Below, piece after piece: positions 14,700 to 26,800 of a stretch of DNA of 64,000 nucleotides. Numbering within the stretch: the stretch's first letter is position 1; every line of letters begins with the position of its first letter. Location: assembly GCF_964213995.1 (NCBI RefSeq), contig NC_135812.1, positions 37,696,001 to 37,760,000 on the forward strand, written 5' to 3'. The stretch comes from Mustelus asterias (lineage: Eukaryota). The translations under genes and the position numbers were made by a program. The notes under the pieces are model-generated. The model ran no database searches. It saw nothing but the letters and a program-made list of their open reading frames with translations, and was not told the origin of the DNA.

Positions 14700-14910
14700 T
14701 TCAGCCTTGTGTCTTTTTTGAATTACTTGGAGGCTTGGGGAGCCTATATTTCCCTGCTATTTTGTCCATGGCAATGTCTTGGTCAGAGTTGACTTGTCGA
14801 TCAATTAGCATTCTTTTTCTTCTGCAGTATAAATTGTTATGTTGATTTGAAATTTGGCTTTCTTGCATTGTCCGATAGGGTGCAAGGGAAAAAGCTTTGG
14901 CAACATGTCT
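14700..14910 (+). mobile_element. Penelope-like terminal repeat fragment (inverted relative to 20315-20520)
   Basis: Reverse-complement similarity to 20315-20520; degenerate hammerhead-like motif 14868-14903. Confidence 0.55.
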
Positions 14911-15061
14911 CTTGTCAGCAATATTCAAGTTCTGTACGACCAAGTGACTGTCTTACTAATTCCTCGAATCAGTCCCCCTTAGTGATATCAGCAGTCACTA
15001 AATTAATTGTTAAAATTGACAATTCTTGATACTCTTATTTTTCTCTTTTTTTTCCCCAAAG

Positions 15062-15091
15062 GACATCCGAGCTCCTCGAATGGCTCAATTG
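15062..15091 (+). CDS. BCL7B: Candidate 30-nt in-frame cassette microexon of BCL7B
   Basis: Long polypyrimidine tract then AAG|, donor G|GTAAGT, phase 1-1, no stop, (G)HPSSSNGSI. No transcript evidence available. Confidence 0.4.
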
Positions 15092-15590
15092 GTAAGTGTA
15101 TTGACCAGTGTAAAACTAAGAAGATCCCAGGTTCAATTCTGTGCTGAGAGGCGGCACGGTGGCACAATGGTTAACACTGCTGCCTCACAGTACCAGGGAC
15201 CCGGGTTCGATTCCCGGCTTTGGTCATTGTCTGTGTGGAGTTTGCACATTCTCCCCGTGTCTGCGTGGGTTTCCTCCAGGTGCTCCGGTTTCCTCCCACA
15301 GTCCAAAGATGTGCAGGTTAGGTGAATTGGCCATGTCAAATTCTCCCTCAGTGTACCCAAACAGGTGCCGGAGTGTGGCGACTAGGGGATTTTCACAGTA
15401 ACTTCATTGCAGTGTTAATGTAAGACTACTTGTGACTAATAAATAAACTTTAAAATAAACTTTAGAATTAGCTGATCCCAACTCAGCCTCTTTCAGAAAT
15501 GCTACATTCAACCTCTGTGCCCCTGTGTTAGCAATAGGGTTAAAAATCCATCCCAGGTTCTCACTATGATCACTATCCAGTAACTGCTGT
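15070..15590 (+). mobile_element. Old tRNA-derived SINE interrupted by a younger SINE
   Basis: A-box TGGCTCAATTGG 15081-15092, B-box GGTTCAATTC 15130-15139; resumes ~15464; related copies ~19040-19230 and ~44710-44830. Confidence 0.6.
15148..15462 (+). mobile_element. HE1-related V-SINE with alternative 3' tail
   Basis: Same head as HE1 copies; tail CTCAGTGTACCC...GGCGACTAGGGGATTTTCACAGTAAC...AATAAATAAACTTTAAA. Confidence 0.9.
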
Positions 15591-16425
15591 TGAGGTATGT
15601 ATCAGGAAGGACAAGAATTTGGCAGATGGAGTATAATGTGGGGAAATGTGAAGTTGTCCACTTTGGCAGGAAGAATGGAAAAGCAGAATATTAACTAAAT
15701 GGTGAGAGACTGCAGAATGCTGGGATGCAGATGGATCTGAATGTGATTGTACATGAATCACAAAATGTTAGCATGCAGATCCTGCAAGAATTAGGAAGGC
15801 AAATAGAATACCTTTATTGCAAGGGTGGGAGAGGGCGGTGGGGTATAAAAGTAGAGAAGTTTTGTTATAACTACATTGGTGAGATCACATCTAGTGTGCA
15901 GTTTTGGTCACCTTAAGGAGGGATCTACTTCCATTCGAAGCAGTTAAAAGGTTCACTAGACTGATTCCTGGGAGAAAGGGGTTGTCTTTTGAGGAAAGGT
16001 TGAGCAGATTGGGCCTATACTCATTGGAGTTTAGAAGAATGAGAGCTGATCTTATTGAAGCATATAAGATTCTGAGGGGGCTTAACAGGGTAGATGCTGA
16101 GAGAATGTTTCTACTATTGGGGGGATCGAGAGCTGGGTGCACAGTTTCAAAGTAAGGGGTCTCCCATTTAGGCTGGAGATGAAGAGGAATTTCATCTCCC
16201 AGAGGTGAGTGTTGTGTTTGGAAATCTCTTCCCCTGTGAGCTGTGGAGGATGGGTCGTTGAATATATTCAAGGCTGGGCTAGAGAAAATTTGATTAAGGG
16301 TTATGGAGGACAGGCAAGAAAGTGGAGTTAAGGCCACAATCCGATCAGACTTAATCTTATTGACTGATGGAGCAGGCTCGAGGGACCGACTAGACTACTT
16401 CTCCTATTTCTTATGTTTTTATGTT
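15590..16425 (+). mobile_element. CR1 LINE 3' end
   Basis: RFTRLIPGRKGLSFEERLSRLGLYSLEFRRMRADLIE. Confidence 0.92.
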
Positions 16426-17276
16426 CTTAGGACAAATCAAAATCGAAGAACAGTCTTGAAACAAAAGGTACAAAGGGAGACAAAAGCTTCCCACTGATGC
16501 CTGTGTCTGATAACAGCTCCTCTCCCATTCTTCTGGAGCTGAATGGTGAGTGTGTTTAAACTCTATTGCATGGTGCTCTGACATGACCCAGCGCACTTAC
16601 TGCTAGTTTTATTTGATCTATACTGTTACATCTTTTGGGATATGAGTTACGTTGGGGAGGTTGTATTCCATCATTGCCCTGAAATGGTAATGATAAGCTG
16701 TCCTTTTGAGAGATTTATTTAGTTTTTCTCTGCAACTGAGTGGCTTGCAAAGTCACTTCTGAGGGTTTTGAGAATCACTTGTGCAGTGTAGGAGTGGAAT
16801 AACATGTTTGACAGACCTGATATAGATGGTAGGTTGCCTTCCCTGACAGCTATTATGAAATTGGTTGAGATTTTCATGTTGACTTTTTTTCCAGTGTTAT
16901 CCCACAAATTACCATATTTTTCCATATTTGGATTTGAGTTGCTAGTCCAATCTATTACCATACCCACTCTGCTACTGTGTCCCAAGTACCAACTGGTAAA
17001 GAACTGTGTAAAGCAATATCTAATCATTTAAAATTTTCATGTATAATACTAATTGCCAAAACATTGAATGTATTCAAGAGGCGGCTAGAAATAGCACTTG
17101 GGGTGAATGAGATCAAAGGTTATGGGCAGAAAGCAGGATTTGGCTATTGAGTTGGACGATCAGCCATGATTGTGATGAATGGCGGAGCAGGCTCGAAGGC
17201 CAAATGGCCTCCTCCTGCTCCTATCTTCTATGTTTCTACATTTTTATATGGCAATTTTCTTATGCTCACACACAAT

Positions 17277-18146
17277 GGCCGGGATTCTCCCAAAAAAATT
17301 CTGGGTGTTGAATTTGCATTTAAATTGGAGTAAATCACGCTTTTTCAGCGGAAATCTCAAAATGAATCTCCACACTGTATGCACTGCAGAGTGCCTCAGT
17401 GTGAATCATGCTGAAAATCAGTAAGCGGGGACTATTCCCACCTGGGAGGCTGGCCAGTCCCATGGACCCTGCGATGCCAGCTCTCTAACTCCCCCACGAC
17501 CTGATTGCTGGCCCCCCCGAACATTCCCAGTAGCCACGATCTCCTCCCCCCACCTCACCGTTGGCCAGCCCTGATCGCTGGCCTCCCTCCCCCCCACCGA
17601 TCCCAAATGCAGAGTGGCTGTGGGACCCCCACCTGTCGCCCCCAGAGGCCCCACCCCCATCAGGCCCCATTCCCTATTAGTTCCTGCCCCGTTGGCGATG
17701 CCCCGGGGCATTGGCACTTTTCCTCTTGAGCAGTGCCAGGAGGCCCAGGCTTGCACTGCCTAGGTGCCAATGACCAGGGGACCCCGATTGCTGCCCCACC
17801 CCACCCATTCACTCCAGCAGGATCGAGCTGCCAGCTCCCTGTAAGTGGAGAGCTACTATAAATCTCGCTGCTGTTAAATACTCCTGGCGGGGAGAGAGGC
17901 TAACGGGACCGGAGACTTCAGTCCCGGGCCCGCTAATTTAATTTCAAATATATGTAAATGACATCCTGCATACATAATGCAGCTTGGCGCCTATTTCCGG
18001 CGTGGAGCTGATGCCGCTGGAAATCCAGCGCTGGGAGACGCTATCGGGCCGCAACACCCAACACGAATCCCACGCATTAGGTGCCACTTAAATCTCCCTG
18101 CCCGCTGCGCTAATTTTTTAGCGCAGCGGGATGGGAGAATCGTCCC
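17277..18146. mobile_element. GC-rich non-autonomous DNA transposon-like element
   Basis: Inverted termini GATTCTCCCA (17283-17292) / TGGGAGAATC (18132-18141); CpG-rich body contrasting with AT-rich flanks; superfamily uncertain. Confidence 0.6.
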
Positions 18147-19894
18147 TAATAACTTTGTTGTCCCTAGGCTTGTTCAGCATAACAGTATCAAAGCACTATC
18201 AGAACAATGACATTTCTGTCTGAAATGCTTCTTGTCACAGCCTTAGTTCATCGCCTCAAATTGGCCTCATCATTGGTCCCTAGCAGTAATTAACTTGTAA
18301 CCACCAGAATGTTACCCTAGCTCACAATACATTGTTCAAGTTTGGAAGAACAGAGTAAATAAACAGTTTCTTCTCAAAATTCATGCAGAGTGAAAGTGGC
18401 ATGAAACTTCACTGAAACCTATTGTCAACACTAATGTGAATTCCCAAACTTCATCTCACCCTCTGGGGAAGGAGAGACAATTCAATTGTAAGGAAAGGTG
18501 GAGCACAAGCCACTTTGGGATTGCATAAAACACTTTAGGTGGCTGATTGTAGAGCAGTACAGTAGAGGATAGGAGGTTCTGTGGCATCATGGATAGTGTC
18601 CCTGCCTGAGCCAGAAGCTCCGGTTTGCATCCCATCCCCAGGCTTGATGGCCAAAGAAGGTGCATTCATAATATGACCAAACAGGTTGAGTTTTAACCTG
18701 CAAAGCCTTCCAACATGTGCCAGCAGTACGAGTTGGAGGGATCCCTGGTCAGCCATGTGATGTAAAGAATGTTGGAGCCTTTACCATCACTATCTATTGC
18801 TCCAGATTATAACATGCAAAAGTGCCTGTTGGCACAGCATCTGGGACTCCCTGAGTGAACTGTTAACACACCATCATCACAGGTAGAGAAGCGGAGGAAT
18901 AAATACATAAGGGAAGAAATAATTGAAAATTTGAAATGACTGACCTCCAATACAACTGGTGCTGTGACCTTTATTACATCAACTACAAATTAGATACTAA
19001 TTAATTAATTATATATATATTTTAAAAGAAGCAACACATTTTAGCTCAGTCACTAAATGCATCGACTATCACTGACCATGTATAGAACCTGAAGGTCCCA
19101 GATTTAATTTTTGTTCTTTATCTAATTAAATGGTATCAGTGGTGTCAGGACAGTATTTGGTCAAAGTCCATGGGCTAAGGAGGAAGAAAAATTGGGTAGG
19201 AATTTTCTTACTGATTGTTTACCAGGAACACCTCTACTCTTCAACCGCCTTTCTTCCTCCAACCTCGCAAGCACACCGCTCCACCACCCCACCGCCTTGA
19301 CTGAAAAAAGTGCAGGTGTGGACATCACCTCAGGTTGGTTGTCAAGGTTCCCACTGTTATCTGGGCTGCCAACACTGACTGGCTTTACTGATGGGACCAT
19401 CTCCAGACTTGAGCTCTTCCTTTAATGGAGAGATGAGTCAACTCCTCCAATGGCACCACTTAAACAGCAACATTCTGAGTAGCACAAACTAGTAAGTGTC
19501 ATGTTTGATTCTCAGCTTGATTCTTAATCCCAGTTACTTAGTCTGATTGAGCATCATGGTATGGCTCTGTGATTGGTCTTAACATCCCTGAATCAGGGAT
19601 GGAGAAACAGTTATATTGGATGAGTTGGGCTTGGCTCGGATGCCAGATGTAGGAGAACAATTTGACAGTATTTCCTGTCCAGACTTGTGCATGGAGAATG
19701 GTCACTAGGAACGATATAGCACCTTGTACCCATAAACAAGCAGGAGTCAATGTCTCCAGGGGAGCAGGGATGGAAATTAGGGAAAGAGTTTTAAATTGCG
19801 TATTGATGATGGGCCCAAATTATTGGACTGTTTTTCTCCTTCCTTATGAGAAATTCAGATGATTTAAGTATGTCTTTCCTTTCTAATCTTTCAG

Positions 19895-20065
19895 ATGAGA
19901 CGAGTAATCAAAGCTCCCTGTCAGATGCCTACCAGGTAAAAGTGGACAGCAGTACAAACTCGAGCCCCAGCCCGGAGCAAAGTGAACCTGTCAGCCCAAC
20001 GCTTCTGTCTGATTTTAAAGCAGACGACTCTCAGCCTCCCATGCTTGGGCAGGAAAGCATGGAAG
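19895..20065 (+). CDS. BCL7B: BCL7B internal coding exon (equivalent to human exon 4), BAF/SWI-SNF complex subunit
   Basis: Acceptor tttcag|AT, donor G|gtatgg, 171 nt, phase 1-1. Translates (D)ETSNQSSLSDAYQVKVDSSTNSSPSPEQSEPVSPTLLSDFKADDSQPPMLGQESME, matching recalled human BCL7B DENSNQSSVSDVYQLKVDSSTNSSPSPQQSESLSPAHTSDFRTDDSQPPTLGQEILE. Confidence 0.95.
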
Positions 20066-20314
20066 GTATGGAGAGCAATAGAAATTATCTTTACTGTTTC
20101 TGTGTAATCAATGTGAACATACAGAACTATTCTTGAACAGGTACTAGGATGACAATTCAGAACAGTATGCAGGGAGTGCTAAATTGTCAGAGATACCATT
20201 ATTCATTAAAATGCCCTGCCTGACTGTTCAGTTAATTGTGAACAAGAGCAGAGAGCTCTCCTGGTGTCCTGATTTGTTCCCCAACAAATATCATCAAAAT
20301 AGGGCAACAAGTTA

Positions 20315-20905
20315 TTGCTGAAAAGCGAGACATGTTGTCGAACTTTTCATCTTGCACTCATCAGGACAAATGCAAGAATGCCAAATTTCACCAGCAGTCA
20401 CAACAATTCATACTACAGGAAAAAAAGAATGCCAATTGGTTGGTAAATTAACTCTGATTGGCTGAGGTATTGCCATGGAGAAAGCAGTGAGGAACTGTAG
20501 GTTCCACAAGCCTCTGGGTAATACATAAAAGCCACAAGGCTTAAACATATTCCTTTTGTTTGCAGAGAATGGTCCTTGTGTATGAATGTATGTGTTGTTT
20601 CTAGCAAGCATGAATGAACCATGTTACAATCTCAACTGATTATCTTAAATTGTTTATTAATGTAGCTATTAGCACACTGTTGCCCAGTCACAGAATCACA
20701 TCGCACAATAGACATTTTGTTTTGGGTTTTGCAAGCGTGGGATGTTTAATATGGTCTGTACTCTGCCTATTGTGAACAACCGAAGGAACATGCTGTTTGG
20801 TTCGATCAGTCAATCATAGGTGTACGGCCTATGTACCTAGTATCACACCGACATTGAAATTCACACACCATATTGCTCAATTGTGTGGTAGGCAGAACTT
20901 CTTTG
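20315..20905 (-). mobile_element. Penelope-like retroelement 3' remnant
   Basis: NMVCEFQCRCDTRYIGRT resembles a GIY-YIG endonuclease motif; hammerhead motif near the end. Confidence 0.7.
20335..20369 (-). ncRNA. Minimal type I hammerhead ribozyme motif
   Basis: Minus strand UUGUC-CUGAUGA-GUGCAAGAU-GAAA-AGUUC-GACAA: stem I UUGUC/GACAA, intact core boxes, very short stems II and III. Confidence 0.6.
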
Positions 20906-21913
20906 GTCTTGTATTCCAATCCTCTTGCAATAAAAACCAGCATGCCATTTGCCTTCCTAATTGCTAGCTTTGTGTTCCTTGTGTGAATACGCCTCCGTTT
21001 CTCTAACCGTAACATTTAGGTGTTTCATTCATCTTAAAAATCTTCTGCTTTTCTATTCTTACTACCAAAGTAAATACAGTGCAGAAACTTTCCATTTAAA
21101 CCTCCAGTATGTGCTAAAATAACTGATCTCTACAATTGTCCTCAAGATAGGCACACACTCATGTTGTGCCATTCAAAATAAATAGCCTGCTATCACCAAC
21201 GAATGTCCAGAGCCATGAGTGAACAGTAGTGGTTTGAGCAAGATACTGGAAAATATTTGGTGTCCATAGAATTATATCACAACAGTTTTCTTAGAGAGGA
21301 GAACAAGTGTCCCATTGGTTATATGTGCACCTTAACAGTGGTGCTGTAGAACTCACAGTTAGTACTCAGCTTTCTTATCCTCTCTCCGGAAAACAGATTC
21401 TCACTATTGCACAGTCCTATTAGTACTGCAGTTTTTCCTTTGAGTAGTTTGCCATAATTGTTCTATACACCAATACCAATTGCTCCAATAGGGATCAGCT
21501 AACTGAGCCTAGACTATGAGTGTCAGAAGGCTTTACTATTGTCACTGGATAGTAATTAGGAGTGTGAGCCCTGGCTGCTTACTCAACTTTCAGGACACTG
21601 AAGCCAGTTTATAGTGTTCTATCCATTGCCCTCAGCAAGCTCTGAATAAACAAGGAAATAATAGTTCTCTTCCTGTCTAGACACAGTTTCCATTGAATTT
21701 ATTAGAATACTTTCCTGATGGTGTTTGAATGATCAGTGTAAAAAGCTGCTTTGAAAAAATTGCAAACTAACATTCCAATTTCCAGCTTATTTTTGGTTAA
21801 GAGTTTCACTGTTCTCTCTCCTCCTGCTAGAATCACTACCATTTCTCTGTCTGTTATTCAGCAAATGGACATTATGGTTATAGCAGTTGTAATTTGTCAA
21901 TTCTCTCTCACAG

Positions 21914-21993
21914 AACCTTCCCTTCCTTCCTCAGAAGTAGGAGATGACCCTCCAATGCTCACAAAGGAGGAACTGGTTCCCTTGCAGCCTCAG
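21914..21993 (+). CDS. BCL7B: BCL7B penultimate coding exon
   Basis: Acceptor ctctcacag|AA, donor CAG|gtaagc, 80 nt, phase 1-0. (E)PSLPSSEVGDDPPMLTKEELVPLQPQ vs recalled human EPSLPSSEVADEPPTLTKEEPVPLETQ. Confidence 0.95.
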
Positions 21994-23051
21994 GTAAGCC
22001 AGGAACATATTGCGTGCACACCTACATTCAGGAAATACTGAGCTTATATGTATATATTTAAGTAGTTAGAGCAGAACACATGTTTACATTGAGCTCCAAA
22101 ACCAACTTTGAACTCTTTGAACAGCACTTCTCTTACTCAGGTTATTTAGCTCTGTTTGGACATGGGCGAGTCAAATGTGCAAATCCCAGAATTTTATTTT
22201 AGAAAAGCACACAGACTGATGAATGAAGGACAAATCTTAGCCTGTGAATGCATACTGCCATTTTCATTTTGCTATTAATGTTCCTGTTTCAATGCCAGAT
22301 CAAATATCATGTAGTCATAGTGGAAGGGGAATGATTAATTCCTGACAAACACATGGGCGAAAATGGTTAGAGAAATTTTAGCCATGCTGCAGGACCATTG
22401 GTTTATAAATTAAGATGACCATTGCCAACACTTTTAGTGCTCAAGAGAGTAGTACAGTTGTTTAAACGTTTGTACAGGATGGTTTAAAATACACTTAAAA
22501 CATTTGCATTTTATGACTGTAAACCTCATACTTGGGCTTCCTGGTGACTTAGTGGGTTAAAATGATGACAGTTGGGAAGCTACACTTGCCCTTATTTAAA
22601 GAGGGAAAATCGGCTCAAGTTACTGATCACTTTTCCTGTGGTCTTTACTGTGAAAGTAACATTGTGTGGGGACCAGCAGGATGAAGCTTGCTCTGGTGCT
22701 TTCCATAGTTGGGTAGCCTGCAGATTCCCTGTCTTTAGGCTTGCACATGAATAGCCACTTCAGCAAGGTACTGGAAAGTGGTCAACCGGCTAGGATCAAT
22801 GACTAATAGAGCAGAAATTTGAGATGAGGGAACCTGCAGAGTTGATCCAGAAAGCTGAGCTATAGGTTACCCTTTTGGGGGCTTTTTTGGCCTTTTAATT
22901 TTCCTTTTACAAATTAATTCTCTTAGGAATGTTAAAATTATTGTTGTCAGAACCAAACTAAAAAGTGACACCAATAACTTTGAGGTTCAAGAGAGGTACA
23001 GTCTCTCCAGCTCTTTATCTCTAAATTTTTAAATCCCACTGACATTGAATT

Positions 23052-23386
23052 CATAGAATCATAGAATCCCTACAGTGCAGAAGGAGGCCATTCGGCCCAT
23101 CGAGTCTGCACCGACCACAATCCCACCCAGGCCCTACCCCCACATATTTTACCTGCTAATCCCTCTAACCTACGCATCTCAGGACTCGAAGGGGCAATTT
23201 TTAACCTGGCCAATCAACCTAACCTGCACATCTTTGGACTGTGGGAGGAAACCGGAGCACCCGGAGGAAACCCACGCAGACACGAGGAGAATGTGCAAAC
23301 TCCACACAGACAGTGACCCGAGCCGGGAATCGAACCCGGGACCCTGGAGCTGTGAAGCAGCAGTGCTAACCACTGTGCTACCGTGC
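23052..23386 (-). mobile_element. HE1-type V-SINE
   Basis: Full-length copy highly similar to 4807-5148. Confidence 0.93.
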
Positions 23387-23708
23387 AAATTGATTTATAA
23401 CAAAACTGATTCACTGAACCATTCAGAATTTTTACTAGTTCATTTAGTAATTCAGTGAAGAAAATATTTTGGTAGGACACTGAAAATCTCACAGGGCCAG
23501 GCAATTTTACTGGGAAAGAAAACTTTAGTTTTGTACTCAGCATCAGTAAGATTTACATTTTTTCAGTGTTTATTTCATAGGGGCCAATTTCATAATGTTA
23601 ATTTGGGTGCTTGTTGCAATGAATTTTAGTTTCAATCAAAAATTTCTAACTATGACAGGACAGATTTGCTGATACTTCAGATCAATTCTTTCTGTAATTT
23701 GTTAACAG

Positions 23709-23807
23709 GTCGTGGAAGAGGAGGATGATGAAGATTCAGGGGCACCACCACTGAAGAGGGTTTGCACTGGACAGAATGCTGTGACCCAGCCAGTAACTGA
23801 GAGCTAA
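23709..23807 (+). CDS. BCL7B: BCL7B last coding exon, to stop codon
   Basis: Acceptor ttaacag|GTC; VVEEEDDEDSGAPPLKRVCTGQNAVTQPVTES*, TAA at 23805-23807; matches recalled human C-terminus VVEEEEDSGAPPLKRFCVDQPTVPQTASES. Confidence 0.95.
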   Translation, partial: VVEEEDDEDSGAPPLKRVCTGQNAVTQPVTES

Positions 23808-26800
23808 CCCAGAATCTCGACTTGGCTCTATTCCATGGTACACTCTGAATTAACCATCACACAACTGACTGACTGATTTTGAAGAATGATATTTATTTTT
23901 TACTTTTAATGAATTGTGATGGTTGTGACTTTTGGGTCTGAATTTAAAATGTTTCTGTATTGCAGGATGATGTCCCTTTTGTGGGGTGTGGTCCATGGCT
24001 CCACTGGGTCTTCCTAGTTGAAGACACTTTTATATTGATAGTGTCAAAAGCAGTATTCTAATAGAAAGGAATTGCCCTGCTCGCCTCTTAATTAGCATCA
24101 TTTGGGTTTGATGGGTCCTAAGGATACCTATTGAAAGCAAGAAAACGTTGGCCTCCTTCCTATTGGCCCTCCACAGGGAATGGCTGCACACTGCTACAAT
24201 AAAAAAGGTGGAATGGAGATTTAAGGGCTGCTATTATGGAGCTCGAGCATCAATATGAAAGTGCCTTGACACTGAAGTGCCTCCAAGTCTTAATGAAGAT
24301 TAAACGAGCTGATTGAAGACAGATTGATGTTGATTCTTGACTTTATCCCTACACACCCAGTCTTCACCCTGAAATTTTCTCCATGATGCAAAGTTGGAAG
24401 TTGTCATCTGCAGCCAAGGAAGGCACAAAGGGCACAGTTTAAAAAATACTGTTGAAGTTGTATGTAAATACTCAGTACATAAGAACTAAGAGCATTTGGC
24501 CCCTTGAACTTGCTCTGCCATTCAGTAAGATCATGGCTGGTCTGATCTTGACCTCAACCCCACTTTCCTGTCTTTTACCCATACCCTTGACTCTCTATAC
24601 TTCAAAAATCTGTCTGTCTCAATCTTGAATACATTCATGACTCAGCTTCCACAATGCTCTGGGGTACAGAATTCCAAAGATTCATGACCCACTGAGAACA
24701 GGAATTTCTCCTCATCTCTGTTTTAAATGGGAGACCTTCTCGTCTGAAACTCTGCTTCCTAAGTTCTAGATTCCATCACAAGGGAAAATATCCTGTCAGC
24801 ATCCACTCTGTCAAGCCCTGTCAGAATTTTATGTAAGATCATCTCTTTTTCCTAACTCCAATGAGTATAGACCGAACCTGCTCAACATTTCCTGATAAAA
24901 CAGCTCTGTAAGACTAGCATACAAACCAAGTATATTTGATTTTATAGCCTCGTTCGAGCAAGACCGGAAATTCCCGCCCGAGGTCACCGGACATTTCCGT
25001 TGTCCGCCCCTCGCCTGCTCCGATTCCGTGGCAGGTGGGGCGGTAATGTTCTGGCGTACATTTCTGGAGCTAATCATTTTAATAAATTTGCTTAAGAAAA
25101 AAAGATTGGGAAATCTTGTGGAGAAACAATATCTTTAGATATTGTTGGCTTTTGCTGTACCTTTTGCAGATACAGAAAAGTATGCACTTTTTCACTGATA
25201 CTGAACCAATTTTCTGTACCTTGTTAAACAGGACTCGCATTTTCCCTTTGGGAGAACTCTACAGTGACTCACAGATGATTTAGAGATTTACTAAGAAAAT
25301 AAATAAATTTTGTTCTTGGATATGTTCACCTTCAGTGGAAAACCAGCCAGGATTCTTGCTCCTTATGACTATGACATTAAAATGTATGTATAGATGACTT
25401 GATGACTGGGTTGGATTTAATTGTAATTCCCTCCGCATTTGAATTGTCTTGTCAGCACTGACTGCATAGGGTCACACAAGATTGACTACTTCAGCAACAT
25501 AATTGAAGGCTGCTGGCACCCATGGAATAGAATCCCAGCAAGGAGCTGGCAAGTTGAGAGGAAGAGGAAAGAAAATTTCTTCTCAGCTACCAAAACAAAT
25601 CACATTCCATTGCTTTGGTCACTAAATCAAACGGCTGCTGTCTTCTGCAGCTGATTTTACTGAAAACAGACAACTTCCTAACTAGAGATGATACTAAATG
25701 CCAGCTGTGTAATATGACAAGTAATACTGATTAATCAACAAGTTTAACAAAATACAATCAGACAGTTGTAGTATGAAGATCCTTAAACATAGTCATGATC
25801 CCAGTGTTTCCCACTGGTTATCATACAACACTATTTCAGTTCTTATTGAAAACATCATTGTTTGACCATCTTAATTATTAGCTGGGATGTTGCCAACTGA
25901 TGAGTATTTTGTGAAAATGCATTGGGACTTACATGAAAAAGTATCACTTAGGAGTGGTACAAGAAATCTGGGACTTGTCTAACCTACCCCCAGCCCCTGC
26001 AAGAGCCAACCAACACTTTAAGGAAAGGAGAACATTTTCAAAAATAAAACCTTGGACATTCATCACACTGACTTTATTTTAAAGCTATTATATATTTTGT
26101 AACCCCAACTTTGCAAAATGTTTTTCTGTATAATTTTCTCATTGCCTCTTTAGTGCATAAAAATCATTTATTAATTGGACAATGAAAAGGCAGTTCAGGG
26201 GAAAGCATAATATTTTCTTCTTATCCCCATTATCCTTGGAGCCTGCCCGTCTTAATGGAAGTTTCTCCCAGGACACAGTGCTCCTGCCTAAGCATCCACT
26301 CTTTCAGCCCTTCACAAATGGCCCAAAACGTGTGTTCTTGTGGTGTCCCCCCGTCAAATCCTTACTCATGATCTATGCTTGCTGCCTGGCCTAGGTGTAT
26401 ATCAATGTTGTTTGAGTTTGGTACTTAATTTCCAATCCCCACTTGCTGTTGTCCTCATTTTGTTTTCAACTTTTCTGTTTGGTGTGCATGGCTCTCCCCT
26501 CTTTTATACATCTGTCCATCTACAAATCTTCTCACTGTCTCCAATTAGGTCATTATAACTTTATTCGCCATATGAAAAGCAGGTAATAGTGAATTGGCAG
26601 CCATTTTAAACCTGCCCAATGTTTCATTTCTACTGAAGTTGATTGAAAAGTAAATGAGGTAGAATGTAAAATGGGCAGCATATCTGCTATCACTTGTTTT
26701 TCAGAGCAGTGCAAGTTAAAAGTACCTCCAATCTCTCCTGTCCAAAAGTGGATCTGGCTGCATTTTGTATAGCTTTTGTATTTTATGCTTCAATATCTTG

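Noticed and set aside
20455-20490. CCAAT plus RFX-like motif (CTGATTGG...TTGCCATGGAGA)
   Set aside because: Lies within a Penelope-like repeat with no CpG island or exon start; no support for a promoter.
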